A stretch of 63,794 nt of DNA, filler included, from Octopus bimaculoides (Eukaryota), in assembly GCF_001194135.2 (NCBI RefSeq). It is 7 parts of 7 records of this genome, joined end to end, with 100 filler letters (N's around TTAATTAATTAA, not from the genome) between each part and the next. Parts side by side here need not be neighbours in the genome. Positions count along the whole stretch, not along the records: positions 1 to 3,757 come from NC_069004.1; positions 3,858 to 26,965 come from NC_068991.1; 5 more parts are not named here. One strand, written 5' to 3'. Below the pieces are notes generated by a model. That model was not told the DNA's origin. It made no database searches and saw only the letters and a list, made by a program, of their open reading frames with translations. Within the stretch, counting starts at the first letter, position 1; every line of letters begins with the position of its first letter. The translations under genes and the position numbers were made by a program. Below are positions 1 to 13,612 of this stretch, piece by piece.

Positions 1-1813
1 TATATATATATATATAAGTAAAGATATATCCTTAACGCTCTTAGTGATAGAACTATAACCATAAATTCAAGGGAAACTGCGAAACTTTTTCAGGTGTGAC
101 GGCAATAAACAGATGTATAAGTACAATATAAATTTACGCAACGTCAATGAAAAACTAGCTTCACAGGATCTGAAAAAATATTAGCGATAACATTGTAGTA
201 TGTAAAAGCAATAAGCTCCATCAATTTGTCATTATTAAGTAGAAGGAAGAATACATTATAGAAATCGATAATATGCAATAATAGTTAAGGGCTGAAACGC
301 TTGCATAAGGAGGGTTTCTTCTCTGTAGACTTTCTGTGACTAAACCCCCATTAGAGTTTCTTACCACCTGATAACAGTAAATTCGTCAAAATTATGGAAA
401 TGAAAACATTATTCAACCAAATATTAGCCTCAGTAGCTTGATATATCCTGTAAACGTGCAAACCGGATCAATTTTTTTCTTAATAAATAGAAAGAGAGTT
501 AGTTTAGCTCTGTATTCGTTAATGTCTCCGCAAAGGCTGACAAATATAACGTTTATTATGAGCTAAAATGCTCCGGATCAATACATAAACGGGCAGAATT
601 GCAATGCAAGTAGATAGTAACGTAAAGAAAAATGAACCAGAGATAGAGAGAGAGAGGAGGAGGAAGGGAGAGAAATCGAAGAGAGAAAGAAAGAGAGAGA
701 GAGAGAGTGTGTGTGTGCGTATGTGTGTGTGAGAGGGAGAGAGCGAGAGAGGCAGAGACAGAGAAGGAGAGAGCGAGAGAGGCAGGGACAGAGAAGGAGA
801 GAGGAAGAGCAGAAATTCATCTGAGTTGTTCCCAGAAAAATTTCAGAGAACTGACAAAAATGGCAATAGTTCTACTCTAGAATATATACTCCTCTATTAA
901 ATGGCTATATAAGCACCATGAAACTATGATATCACGATATATGATATCACATCGTTAAGCAACAATAAATTATTAAAATGTAATAAATGTTGATGGAACA
1001 TGTACAACGTATAAAAAAAATTAGTTACATTTAAAAAGTAGAAACGCTGAAATTTTCGGATGATTCGTAATTTCATTTAAATTATGAATTTAATTTAATT
1101 TAATTTTAATTATGAGTCATCAGCAAAATTTCTGCTTTTCTGATTTTTTTAATATTCTAAATATGTTACTCAGGATTTTTTTAAACCAATATTATTGTAA
1201 AAAGCATCTTATAAGATTAAATTTATACACTTTGGACAATAGAACCACCGCGTATTTTAAGAAATATTCTTAGAAGGATCCTTTGGCTTTCACAATCCGA
1301 TTACCTTTTCTTGGACCTTGTGCGACGGAGTAGCTATGGGTTCTTCACTCGGACTTAAATTCGCGGTATTTTATTAGGCTAATGCTAGAAAAGAAAGTTA
1401 TATATACATAGTACAGTGATGGGATTCACTATGGAAGTCATGGAAGAACAGGAAATTAGACTTAAAAACAACTTTTACTACTTAGAGTTAACCATTTAGT
1501 AAGACATGGGAAATCTTAACAGATTAACACATTGAGAGGTGGACGGATTATCTGTTGAGGAATTAAGGGTAGGATGCAGAAAATTACATTGAACGATGCT
1601 TGGTGTAGCTGGTTTAATATTTGTTTCTTTTTTTAAAGCACATTTTTTTGCGGAATTGTTGTTTACAAATACTGTCCACAGCATCATCCCACTCTTAGCT
1701 ATAATTATAAGAATTAAGAACGGTTCGTAAAGCCCCTCAGGTTACAAGAAAAGCAATAATAAAGATTTAAATCTCAATGACTTAACCAATTCAAAACACT
1801 TAATATAACATCT

Positions 1814-2070
1814 GTGCAGGCGCGTGGCTTAGTGGTTAGGGGTGTCAGCATCATGATCATAAGATTGTGGTTTCGATTCCTGGACCGGGCGACGCGTTGT
1901 GCTCTTGAGCAAAACATTTCACGTTGCTTCAGTCCACTCAGCTGGCAAAAAATGAGTAACGCTGCGATGGACTGGCGTCCCGTCCAGCTGGGGAACACAT
2001 ACGCCATAGAAACTGGGAAAGCGGGCCCATGAGCCTGGCTAGGCTTTAAAAGGACGCATTTATTTTAATT
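1814..2070 (+). mobile_element. tRNA-derived SINE with a 14-bp target-site duplication
   Basis: A box TGGCTTAGTGGTTAG and B box GGTTTCGATTCC. Core GCTGCGATGGACTGGCGTCCCGTCCAG. TTAATATAACATCT repeated at 1800-1813 and 2071-2084. Confidence 0.85.
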
Positions 2071-2742
2071 TTAATATAACATCTATCTGTCTGAAAAATG
2101 GCAATAAAGGTAAACTTAATAACTATCTAATGGTTTTTAAGACTATTTATATTTATAACGAATATATTTTTATATTTTAAGCTTAATATTTTTAAATAGA
2201 CCAATAATTTAAATTTCAGCTTTTACCATCTTACCGTAGGGAGGGGTACTATACCAGTAAAATCAAATAGAAATCCTTTTTAATGATAATAATACCATGA
2301 TACATAGAATTAAAGCGTTAAAACGAATAAACAGTTGTTGAAGTGTTACAATGGACAAAAATAGTTATGGAAAATCAATACAAAAGCACAACACGAGAGA
2401 AATAAATTATCAAAGGAAACAAGAATTAAGCGTTAAATACAAATTTAAATACAGCAATGACAGATTTATCATTGATAACATTGTTCCTATGTTCATTTAC
2501 TGCTGAATGCACCACGCAACAACAATGTCGTTAGGTATCTTGAAATGCTAATGGACTTAGGGACGTCACTGAGCAAAGCTAAATATAAAATACAAATAAG
2601 AAATATATGAAACGAATAAATAAATAGATAAGTAAATAAAAGGCATTAAACACGAAAATAGTTGTAACTTTAATGTAGCATGTTTGAAAGAAGAACTGTT
2701 CTCTTTCTCCATATATATATGAATGTATGTATGTAAATATCC

Positions 2743-2804
<62 letters not shown>

Positions 2805-3164
2805 ATATATNNNNNNNNNNNNNNNNNNNNNNNNNNNNNNNNNNNTATATATATGCATATATATTCATATGTAAATATATATATATATAATATATTATAT
2901 ATATATATATGTGAATATATATTCATATGTTCATATATATATACATATATACATACATTCATATATATATATATATATATACATACATACATACATACAT
3001 ACATACATACATACATACATGCATACATACATACATACATATAAATACACACGCACACACACATACACAGACATAATATTAATGCAGAAATAAGAACTCA
3101 CACACACATATATATATATACATACATACACATATATACATACATACACATATATATCGTATCA

Positions 3165-3207
<43 letters not shown>

Positions 3208-3714
3208 TTGAAACATATGTGCGCATATGTGTGAGTGTATGTGTATGTATGTGTGTGTGTGTGTGCGTGTGTGTGTGCGTGCATGCGCGCTCGTGCGTGT
3301 GTACATATAATGTTTAACAAGAGAATAACTCTTGAAAAAATACCGTGTTTAAAAAGAAATAACCATTAGAGAAGCTACACCGATCTCCGTGTGGTCCATT
3401 GTAATTAAATGCACCGTATCATTAATCCCTTGCCAGCTAATCCGTTCAACTGTCAGTTTGTTAATCTGTTAAGTCTTCACTTAATGATTTACTGAATCGT
3501 TTCTACTAAATTTGCACTTTGCTTTGCGGGTTACGTTTGAAACAAATGCGCGGGCGGTCGCTCACATGCACACATCTAGACGCAAGCGCGCGCGAACACG
3601 CACACACACATATATTGAGAGGGAGACATATACATACACATGCACACCTTCACACCATATAGACCCATCCTCGCATACACATGCATATAAGCAAAAACAT
3701 CCACATCCATACAC

Positions 3715-3747
<33 letters not shown>

Positions 3748-5400
3748 TATATATATGNNNNNNNNNNNNNNNNNNNNNNNNNNNNNNNNNNNNNNNNNNN
3801 NTTAATTAATTAANNNNNNNNNNNNNNNNNNNNNNNNNNNNNNNNNNNNNNNNNNNNGGAAAAATGGTTTATTCCAATATCGGGTTTTATTTAAAAAATT
3901 GCCTTTAGTCGGGCCGAAAAATCTAAAAAGACCGTCGCACTTGACTATTTTAGCAGATAAGCAGACACACTAAATAACATTGTTCTATCAAATAGCCGAC
4001 CTCCCATTTCATGTCTGGTTTGGCTACTACAACCCTCTGTCTCCTTTCTAAATAGAGCTTCCCGCCTGCTACATTACATACACAGCCTGGTAATCTCCAG
4101 ACAGAAAACACACACAACATACCAAAGTGCACTGGCAATATACATATATATATATATATATATATACATACAGCCTGACAGTAAAACACTCAAACACAAA
4201 CACACACATATACACTAGACAGACCGCTTTAGTGCACTGGCGCATCCACTCCGTCGCCACCACCACCACCAGTAATCAAGCAGTCAGTCAGCTGCCAAGA
4301 CAGACACACAGACACACACACACCATCAGCTTAACTTGACCTGGAACATCGCTAGCGAGGTCAGGGCAACAGCGACGATGATGGTGCTGCTGCTTCAAAG
4401 TCTGGGCGAACACACGAACACAGACAGTGAAACTGTCTCACTACTAACACAATAGCACACACGCAGTCATCAGCCCACACACATACACAACCCTACTTAA
4501 AAGATGAAGTCAGACAGTATATATACGGCGGGAAGGGAGGGAGGTTATATAGACGACGACGAGGAGTAGGAGGAGTGGTGGTGGTGGTGGTGGAGAGAGC
4601 ATTGCGGGAGTGTATATGTGTAATATTAATAATAATAGTATTAACAGTTGTAAAACACTATTTTACTATTCAAGATTTAAGAGCTACATATAAAACACGC
4701 ACACACACACATTTGAAGATTAAAGAAACGTCCGTGTGTATATACATAAAGATATAACTATATACATTCGTATTTAAACAAAACGGTTTGTTTATGTCAA
4801 ACTCAGTAATCGCTGCCCTTTTTAAGTCACGCGTTTTATCAGCCCAGAAGTTGAATATACACTCAGACCTATGTATTGCACATACGCACGTGGGTGTATA
4901 ACATATATATACACGTGTGTACATATAAATGTACAAGCCAAATAACATTTAAATTTTTCTATGAACACAAACCTAACAGTTTAACTTAAAATAACAGAAA
5001 ATCTCGAGACAATTTTTTTTTACACGATATTACACATAATAACCGAATTATTAAACTTAAAAATAAAGTGTTTAATTACTACAAATTCAGACCTTATAAT
5101 TACAAATTTCCCCACACTACATTTTCAAAAACAAACAAAATGGCTTGTCGCCCTGTGTAATAAAGGGCTTTCGTCTCACGAAAGTGTTAGAACTATTTCT
5201 CTAGTGAAGATAAACAGTATTTAAGTGAAGTCGGATTCTAACTGACTTTTACTTATTTATGGTTATGTACCGAGACAAGGCTAAATAAAACGACGGTTGA
5301 ATTTAAGCCGCGTGGTTGTGCTTTTCAAACATCTAGCTCCAAAATCCAATTAAACCCCATTTAGCATTTTAATATGAAGTAATAATGAAAGAGAACTCAC

Positions 5401-5416
5401 CTTTGGGAATTTCCAT
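5401..5416 (-). CDS. Candidate first coding micro-exon MEIPK of an unidentified gene
   Basis: Minus strand caagATGGAAATTCCCAAAG|GTGAGT: good Kozak context and a strong donor. No homology recognised. Confidence 0.25.
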
Positions 5417-6154
5417 CTTGACCGTTAATTGTAATTCCAAGTTTGGTTTAAATAAATTAAAAATTTTTTAGGAGTTAATTTCCGAATATTAAAATATATG
5501 AAGAAAACTCAGTATTTGAATACAAATAAAGCACTGTATATACATAAATATACAGAGATGGGTTTATAGATGTGTGTGTGTGATATAAATACAAAATAAA
5601 GTATTAGTTGTGCGGCACAACGTTTGTTTTGAGAAAAAAAATTTTCTTTTTTTTAAATCTCCAACAAGCACTTTGGTAGGTGTGTGGTATAAAGAAAAGA
5701 TTTTACTAGTTGCTTCTGGTAAGTAAATTTCTGTTACTGTGAATGTAACTGAAGCAGTTGTTAGTATTGTAAATAGTAGTAGTGTTTTTGTTGATAAGCG
5801 CCTTTGCTTGGCGAAGATTTTTGCAGAAGCGGAGGGAGATTCCGTAAATGTTGAGTGATTGCAACCGAGACACAATCTGAATATAAAGCAGCGAATGTTG
5901 TGAATTTGTAACAAGGAGTTTCTCTCTTTCTCTTACAACTGACAGTTAAAAGTAGAGAGGGAGGGAGGAGGAGGACGACGACATCGACAAGAATATAGAG
6001 AGAGGAGGAGGGGAAATGCGAAGAAAAACGATAGGCAGTAAGAAAGTGAGGGTTGCGTTTGAATATAGAGGAAGAGAGGCAAAGTGGAAAGAGAGAGGAG
6101 TAGAGTGAGAGGAGAACAAGGAAAAGGACGTTAGAATAAAACTGTGTTGTGAGC

Positions 6155-6198
6155 TGACCAATCAGATCATCCGACCAATCAAATGCACCTGATTGAGG
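6155..6198. promoter_or_regulatory. Tandem CCAAT (NF-Y-type) boxes, candidate promoter
   Basis: GACCAATCAG (CCAAT 6158-6162) and GACCAATCAA (6175-6179), plus a reverse CTGATTGAG, next to a purine-rich tract and upstream (minus sense) of a candidate start exon. Motif match only. Confidence 0.3.
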
Positions 6199-8675
6199 AA
6201 CAGTTGTAAAGAAAAACAAACGAAATTGTGAAAACAAAAACAACTAAATACTACTTTACTCCTTTCCCCCCCATACCTCCAATTACTACTACTACGCTTT
6301 ATATCTCTCTCTCTCTCCCCCTTTATCTCTCTATCTATCTTTCGTTCCCTTTATTTTCATATGTCTGTCTTTCATTCTTTATGTTTATTGTGTCTCTCAA
6401 TGTCGGTCCTTCTCACACACAGCTCTATCACTACTACCTTTAATACTAGCACAAAGTAAGCGCGCAAAAATAGTGTGTAAGTGGGAGAGTCGAGGACAAG
6501 AAATAGTACGAAAACCTCCAAAAGATCCCGATAGAAAAAGAAATAATCATATTCCCTCTACACAGTGTAACCCTTTATGTACCTTTTTGTCTCTCCCTAA
6601 TGTATTCCCTCAAATTTTTCTAGTTCTAACTATCGCTCTTCGTTGCTGCACCTCTTAGTCTCTCCCTCTCTTCTTTCACACACACGCAATGTTTATATTG
6701 ATTCGTTTTTCTTTCACAGACATCACACACACACATGGATGTGAGATACGTTAGAGCGGGAAAGTTGGGTCGTAGGCGGGAAAACCATCTCGGGGATATT
6801 TTTGTATTGTAAGTCTCGCTCTGTGTAAACACGCACACACATTTATCTATATATACCTACGTGTATATATATATATTTATATACAACGATGTATATATGT
6901 CTGTACTTGAAATATTTTTAAAAAACATTCCCTAACACGTTTTAGAACATATATCATTGTACACGTCTTACAATTTTTTGCTATTTGTCAGCCTTTACTA
7001 TTCAGAATATATACATGTATACGCGCACACGTTTCCTTCTCTTATTTTTTTATTACGTATATTGAAAACTCTTAGTCGAGGTCGCAAAAACAAAATTAAC
7101 AAATTCACCATCCAGAGATGCATGTTACAAGTAAAAATTACACTTTACGTTTAGATATACGTTCTCAGTGCCTGAATAATACGATGTGTATGTAAGGTCA
7201 GAGATGAACTAGAACGACTGTCTGTCATTCGAGGCCGAGATCGGGTGAGGATTTTGAGGTTTATTACATCAAGCTAGCGCCCCGCATATTAACACATTGC
7301 CAATATATTTTATCGAGTACGGAAGGATGAAATGCAAGGCTAACTTCGGTGAGATTTGAACTCAAAACCTGAGCCCAAACAGCTAATTACTGGAAGGCCT
7401 TTTTTTTGCCCAACATTTTAACTGCTCTGCCAACCCATATTGCACATCCATTTATAATTTTCATGTCGAGTTTTCATAATTTTACAATAAACTGAAGGAT
7501 CGCTCAATCCATTTTGTAGAATACATTTATTCTTTTAAGAACTATGGTTGACAGTGACTACGAAGTTTCGGCTTTCCTCGAACTGTCCGATATATGAATA
7601 TGTATACATGTATGTGTAACAACAGAACTATCCTTTGAAATACTGATGTCTGTACCAACCGGACTGATAACCCGCTTTTTTTTTTTGCCCCATTTTGTCA
7701 CCCCTCCCCCTCTTTTCGCAACAATTTTCATTCCTTTGTTATTACAAATAATATTCACTCCTCGTAAAAGTATTTGTTTATTTTGCTAAGTTACATCCGT
7801 GTTGTAAAAAAAATAACACTTCTCTAAAATAAAAAAAAACATTATTATTACAAAAGAGGCGGGCAAAAATGCTTAGCGGCTTTACGTTATGAGTTCAAAT
7901 TCCACCGAGGTCGACTTTACTTTTCATCATTTCGGGGTCGATGAAATAAATACTAGTTGGGCCTTGCGGTCGTTGTGATAAACCAGCACCCTCCCCTAAA
8001 ATTCAAGAATTTGTGCCTAAAATAGAAAAATAATTCGAAAGAAATTTTATTCTATTAAAATATTATGAAGCTTGGTGCTGTCATATGATACCGTTTAGTT
8101 ATTTATTAAAATCTGAACCTCAGCGGCGCGGTTTCGATTCACATGTGCGACTGGTTCGGGTGGTTATCATTTACCGAAATATTGGCACAGACAACTTTCA
8201 TCTTCCATTCGTTTCTAACTGCGGGGGAAAAATGGGAAGGTTCCTTTCTTTAAAGTTCGAATTATGTGATTTCTGATTGACAGAGGCGGCCGCCAGGATC
8301 TAGTTTCGATTCAAGCTCGAAGCTAATTTCGTTTGTTTATATTCCAGCGAAGCTTTTCCTAAACTCATAACAATCGTGTAAAATAAATAACATCGGGTTA
8401 GTCACCTTTGTCGATTAGCATCTAAACATCACGCGCGAACGCACACACACGTGTGTGTGTTACATATACGTCTTTTGTCGTTTCAGTCGTTGCACTGAGG
8501 CCACGCTGGGGCATCGTCTTGAAGGGCTTAGTCAAACAAATCGACCTCAGTACTTATTTTAAAGACCGGTATTCATTCCATTGGATCCTTTACCCAAACC
8601 GCTAAGTTAAGGAAACGTAAACAAGCCAATACCGGTTGTCAATCAGCGGGTGGTAGACAGGCACAATGACACACA

Positions 8676-8714
<39 letters not shown>

Positions 8715-9140
8715 TTACACATACACACACATATATATATATATATATTTAATGCATTATGAAGTGAAAATTGGTCTAGGTATCGTTTATATATCGACAT
8801 TTTAAATATAAACAAACGCAGACACACACTTATGAAGAGACAGCCAGGCAGTAAATACACGGACAACGTCGGAGATCGTCCGAACTGTTCGAGAGAAAAC
8901 AGCCAAATTCCCTCAAACCATATTCTATTGCTGCTTTAATAAAAAGGACTTTATGGATACTAAACGGTATTGGTCACGACTAAAAGGCTTTTGACCATAA
9001 GGTGTGGTCACTTAGGGCCTATTTGGAATTCGACGTTTTTCTCTCTAATTTTTTTGTCTCTTTCTATTTCTTTATCTGTTTCTCTGTCTCTTTCTCTCCG
9101 TCTGTCTGTTTCTCTCTCACTCTTTCCTCGTCTGCTGTCA

Positions 9141-9195
<55 letters not shown>

Positions 9196-10173
9196 ACTTT
9201 CCACTCACAAACACGTGTTCAAACATTCCAAACTTTATCGGGGTAAACAAAACATGATGAACATCACAACATCCAACTGTCCCTTATTCTACGTAATGTC
9301 ACACGATTCCTCAGACTCGGTGCGTTAGCGATGGTGGGTGACGGGGCTGTTCTCAACAAAAGTGAGTCTGCGACCTAGCTTCTATTCCGTGTTGCAACCG
9401 CTTCACTTCATTCACGTCTAATTGCCTCCTGGGAAACTCTCGCTTACCATTCTATTTGGTTTCATTGAATAAATACGAGTCGGAGAAATTCTTGGTCTAG
9501 TTTCGAGTTTTCTTGAAATTCTTCCGATATGCATCCTTATTATATATATTTTTATTTATCTACACACACACACACACACAAAAAAGCTTTAACTTGTTTA
9601 AGCTTTAAAGATGCGGTCATACTGGGGCACCACCGTTGCGCGCGTGTATTTTATCTTAGTCTCTAAGTTTCTGTGATTGGACCGTGGCCATGCTGGGGCA
9701 CCGGCTTGACGGGTTTTTCGTGAAACAAATCAACCCCAGTGCTTTTCTTTTTTCTTTTTCTTTTTTCTAACAAATAAATCTAGCACTTATTGTATCGGTC
9801 ACTCATGCCGAACCGATAAGTTACGAGGACGCAAACAGACCAACACCAGTTGTCAAGCGGTATAGGGGTGGGACACAAAAACACATAAAGATATGTATGT
9901 ATGTATGTAAACATGCTCATATCTCGCTTTACTCCAAACTTATAAACATTTCATTTCTGGAACAGGGGAGGGGGTTCAACTCTCAGCTAATTAGCTCGTT
10001 AATGAATGTCTATCAGAAATGCATGTCACACCATCTCATTCTTTCCATCTTTTCTTTGGAATTGTCTACGATTCAAGGCCAAAATTTACCGATATATGAG
10101 ACTGCTTTACCCAATATCAGACAACAATAGAATTAATAACAGATTAAAAAAAATGATAGAATATAGATTACGA

Positions 10174-10208
<35 letters not shown>

Positions 10209-13025
10209 GTTACGATTATTGCCATGGAAATTGGCAGAGCACCGGACAATTGCTTTAATGCTTTTATTCATAGGTCAGCTGGTTGAGAGCTAAAATAACT
10301 GAGTCCATCTGGTCATTCGATTCTGCTAGAAATAACAGCCAAAACTTTAATATCACTCACACACACTACTTGTCTTCTAATGATAAAGACATTTTAATAA
10401 TTTAAGATAGGATGGTCAAACCTGGAACGCCTTTGATGATATGATCCACCCCAGCGGTGATGGGGGAGATTTCTAGCAACGTCAGAACGAAATGACGTGG
10501 TATTTAGTCACGATATTTTGCGTTCCGGGTTCAATTCCTGTCAGGTGAGCGAATCTATGTGCGTAATTTCTGAGGTTAATCTTAAATACCAATGAAAATT
10601 CTCAGGTCCATATATTCCTATCAGTTAAAACATTTATCCGTGTGCTTAGCATTTATATTATTGCGGTTTTAGCCCCAGGTTTGCCCGAATTGAGCAGACA
10701 TGTAACCGAAAAGCGTTCCATCCGAGACTATTCCTGCCTGTTATTCAGACATAGAGTATCTTGGATTATATTCCTTATGCAACGGGACATTTTATTTAGA
10801 AAACCCCCCAACATATGATATAAGGGAGATTTGGCTGTTATTTCTAGCAGTCGAGGCAGCCACGTTATATTCAGTAGATGCATTTCTGCTGACAGTAACA
10901 ATAGACGGTACAGCCAAGGTGTCGAAAACTAGGCTTCATTTTCCTTCTGTTTCACCACGAAACACACTAACATTGACACACATACACACGCTCAAACGCA
11001 CAGATACACACACACACTCTAAAAAAGAACGGTTCTAGTTCGTCTCGTGTCACAGTTAGATCGTCTGGCTGGCCCTTTCATTGACAACATTCCCGCGCTT
11101 CTAAACTTGGCTCCTCTCCTTCGTTACGTGTGCTGTAGGTAGGGATGGGTGGTGGAGTTTTAACTACAAACATACATTGAAACGTAACGTTGCCTTTTAC
11201 TCAGGAAACCAGCTCGGAAGGCAGCTTACCTTACAGATACAGGGTCGTTCACCCAGCTAGAAATAACAGCTGTATTTCCTCAAGTTACTTAGCTAACTGT
11301 CTTAAAAGGAAAGGACACAGTGTACAATTTCTTTATGGATGTCATGCTGGAGCCACCGACTTGAACTTTTTGTTGGTGGGAGAACTAACACATACTAACA
11401 CATACACACCTTGGGAGAGGCATTATGCCGGTAATAAACACACGCACTGGTTCAGTCCTTTATTAATTTATATAGTCTTTTGTTAAATTATTTCATTGCA
11501 CTCTTGCAATCTCTTCAGTAACTTGTCTCTCCACTTCCAATTTATTTTGAATGTATGATCTGGCGTTGTTTCGAAACTGTTCGGTATGAGCATGTGAGTG
11601 TGTGCAAGCTCGTATGTGTGCACGCTCATATGTGTGCACGCACTTATGTGTTCGTGCTTATATGTAAGTATGTGCGTCCATATGTGTGTGTGTAACAATT
11701 TCGTTTATATCAGATCAGATAGAGACTTTTTAATTAATTTATTTACGTTCATATATATATATGGAGTTTTTTTTGTATGGTTGTAAGATTCTTGATGCGA
11801 ACGCGCGTTGAAACAGATTTTGATATAACTCGGGAGCGTCATTATGCCAATAATAAACACACGCACTGCTTATATTTTTCACTGCTTTAAATAATTCAAT
11901 TGGCCGGCTAATTGATCAAATACTGTCTGATTAATTTGGTCAATCATTCAGGTCAATCAGTCAACCAGCAACGTTTGTCAAAGTAGAGATCTGGAGCAGA
12001 GAAGGCATGTCATTGAAGACGTTGCGAATGACAATAAAGGACCCTCGACAAACGTAGCTGATTGATCGAATTAATCAACCATTTGATTAATTATTTGGTT
12101 AAATAGCTAACCAACTGACGAATAATAAAGAAAGAAATTGAAGTAGTGCGTCGCGACACAACACTTTATGTGGGTGTGTTGAAAAATTATATAGAAGTAC
12201 AAAAAAACGGAAAATACACGCAGACAATGTCGCCAAATTCTCATCAGTTATCGTTCAAAGGACCATAACAATTTCACACATTTAATATATATATACTTGT
12301 GTGTGTGTGTCAATCGATACGATTGGAAAGAAATGTATGAAAAGTTTTCGGACGGTCTTGATTCTGCACGCAGTGAAAGGAACCTTATATAACCTCGTCA
12401 GCAAGTTCTCGTACGGTCCTGTACGTTACCTGGACAGTGTTCTCTCACTTATAAAATATATGCAGCCTGATAAAGGAGAGAACAAAATTGATGAGCACAT
12501 AATAAACTCACTGAACTAGCTGCTCATAGTTTGCGGGTAAAAAAAAAAAAAGAAACTCGCTTGCAAACATTTTAATTTCTTGAATGAAAAATAAACAAAA
12601 TAATATTCGTTTGATCCGCACAAGCTAGTTTTCGGGAACGAATGTTAACGCTGAGTGGTTGAGCGAGATCGCAACGTCTTCATCTGAACTGGAATCTCAG
12701 GGTTACTCATTTACAGCCGAGTGAACTGAGNNNNNNNNNNNNNNNNNNNNNNNNNNNNNNNNNNNNNNNNNNNNNNNNNNNNNNNNNNNNNNNNNNNNNN
12801 NNNNNNNNNNNNNNNNNNNNNNNNNNNNNNNNNNNNNNNNNNNNNNNNNNNNNNNNNNNNNNNNNNNNNNNNNNNNNNNNNNNNNNNNNNNNNNNNNNNN
12901 NNNNNNNNNNNNNNNNNNNNNNNNNNNNNNNNNNNNNNNNNNNNNNNNNNNNNNNNNNNNNNNNNNNNNNNNNNNNNNNNNNNNNNNNNNNNNNNNNNNN
13001 NNNNNNNNNNNNNNTAGATCACTTT

Positions 13026-13612
13026 GATTTCCTCAGTACTTGAGTGGTACTTGATTTATCGACTCCGAAAGGATGAAAATCAAAGCTGACCTCGACGGAA
13101 TTTGAACTCAGAACGTAAAGACGGACGAAATATCTATTTCTTTACTGGCCACAAGGGGCTACACACAGAGGGAACAAACAAGGACAGACAAACGGATTAA
13201 GTCGATTATATCGACTCCAGTGCGTAACTGGTACTTAATTTATCGACCCAGAAAGGATGAAAGGCAAAGTCGACCTCGGCGGAATTTGAACTCAGAACGC
13301 AGTGGCAGACGAAATACCGCTAAGCATTTCGCCCGGTGCGCTAATGATTCCGCCAGCTCACCGCCTTTATATGAAAAAAGGTAATAATGACTTCCAATTT
13401 TACCATAAGGGCAGCAATTTTGGGGGGGAAGGGACGTATCGATTACATCGACCTCAGTGTTTAACTGGTACTTAATTTATCGACCTCGAAAGGATGAAAG
13501 GCAAAGGTCGACCTCGGCGGAATTTGAACTCAGAACGTAAAGACGAACGAAAAATGTCACTAGGAATCTTGCCTGGCGTGCTAACGATTCCGCCAGCTTG
13601 TCACCTTTATAG
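13026..13612 (-). mobile_element. Stack of about three tRNA-derived SINE copies of one abundant family
   Basis: Repeated gaaaggatgaaaggcaaagtcgacctcggcggaatttgaactcagaacg (minus-strand B box GAGTTCAAATTCC). Further copies at ~7862-8030(+), 23040-23225, 23250-23703 and 48655-48870. Confidence 0.8.

Noticed and set aside
2727-3805. Low-complexity ORFs (YIYI, CVCV, LSLS, ERER, poly-I/N/D/H) here and throughout, and all long ORFs containing X runs
   Set aside because: They are translations of microsatellites and N gaps.
3802-3813. TTAATTAATTAA islands inside N runs (also 27010, 33698, 38245, 49811, 60361)
   Set aside because: The identical 12-mer is always centred in gaps and has stops in all frames. 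It is an assembly gap linker, not biology.
5564-5914. 116-aa ORF and overlapping 160-aa ORF (5761..6243)
   Set aside because: No recognisable domain; composition reflects purine/pyrimidine tracts in UTR- or promoter-like DNA.
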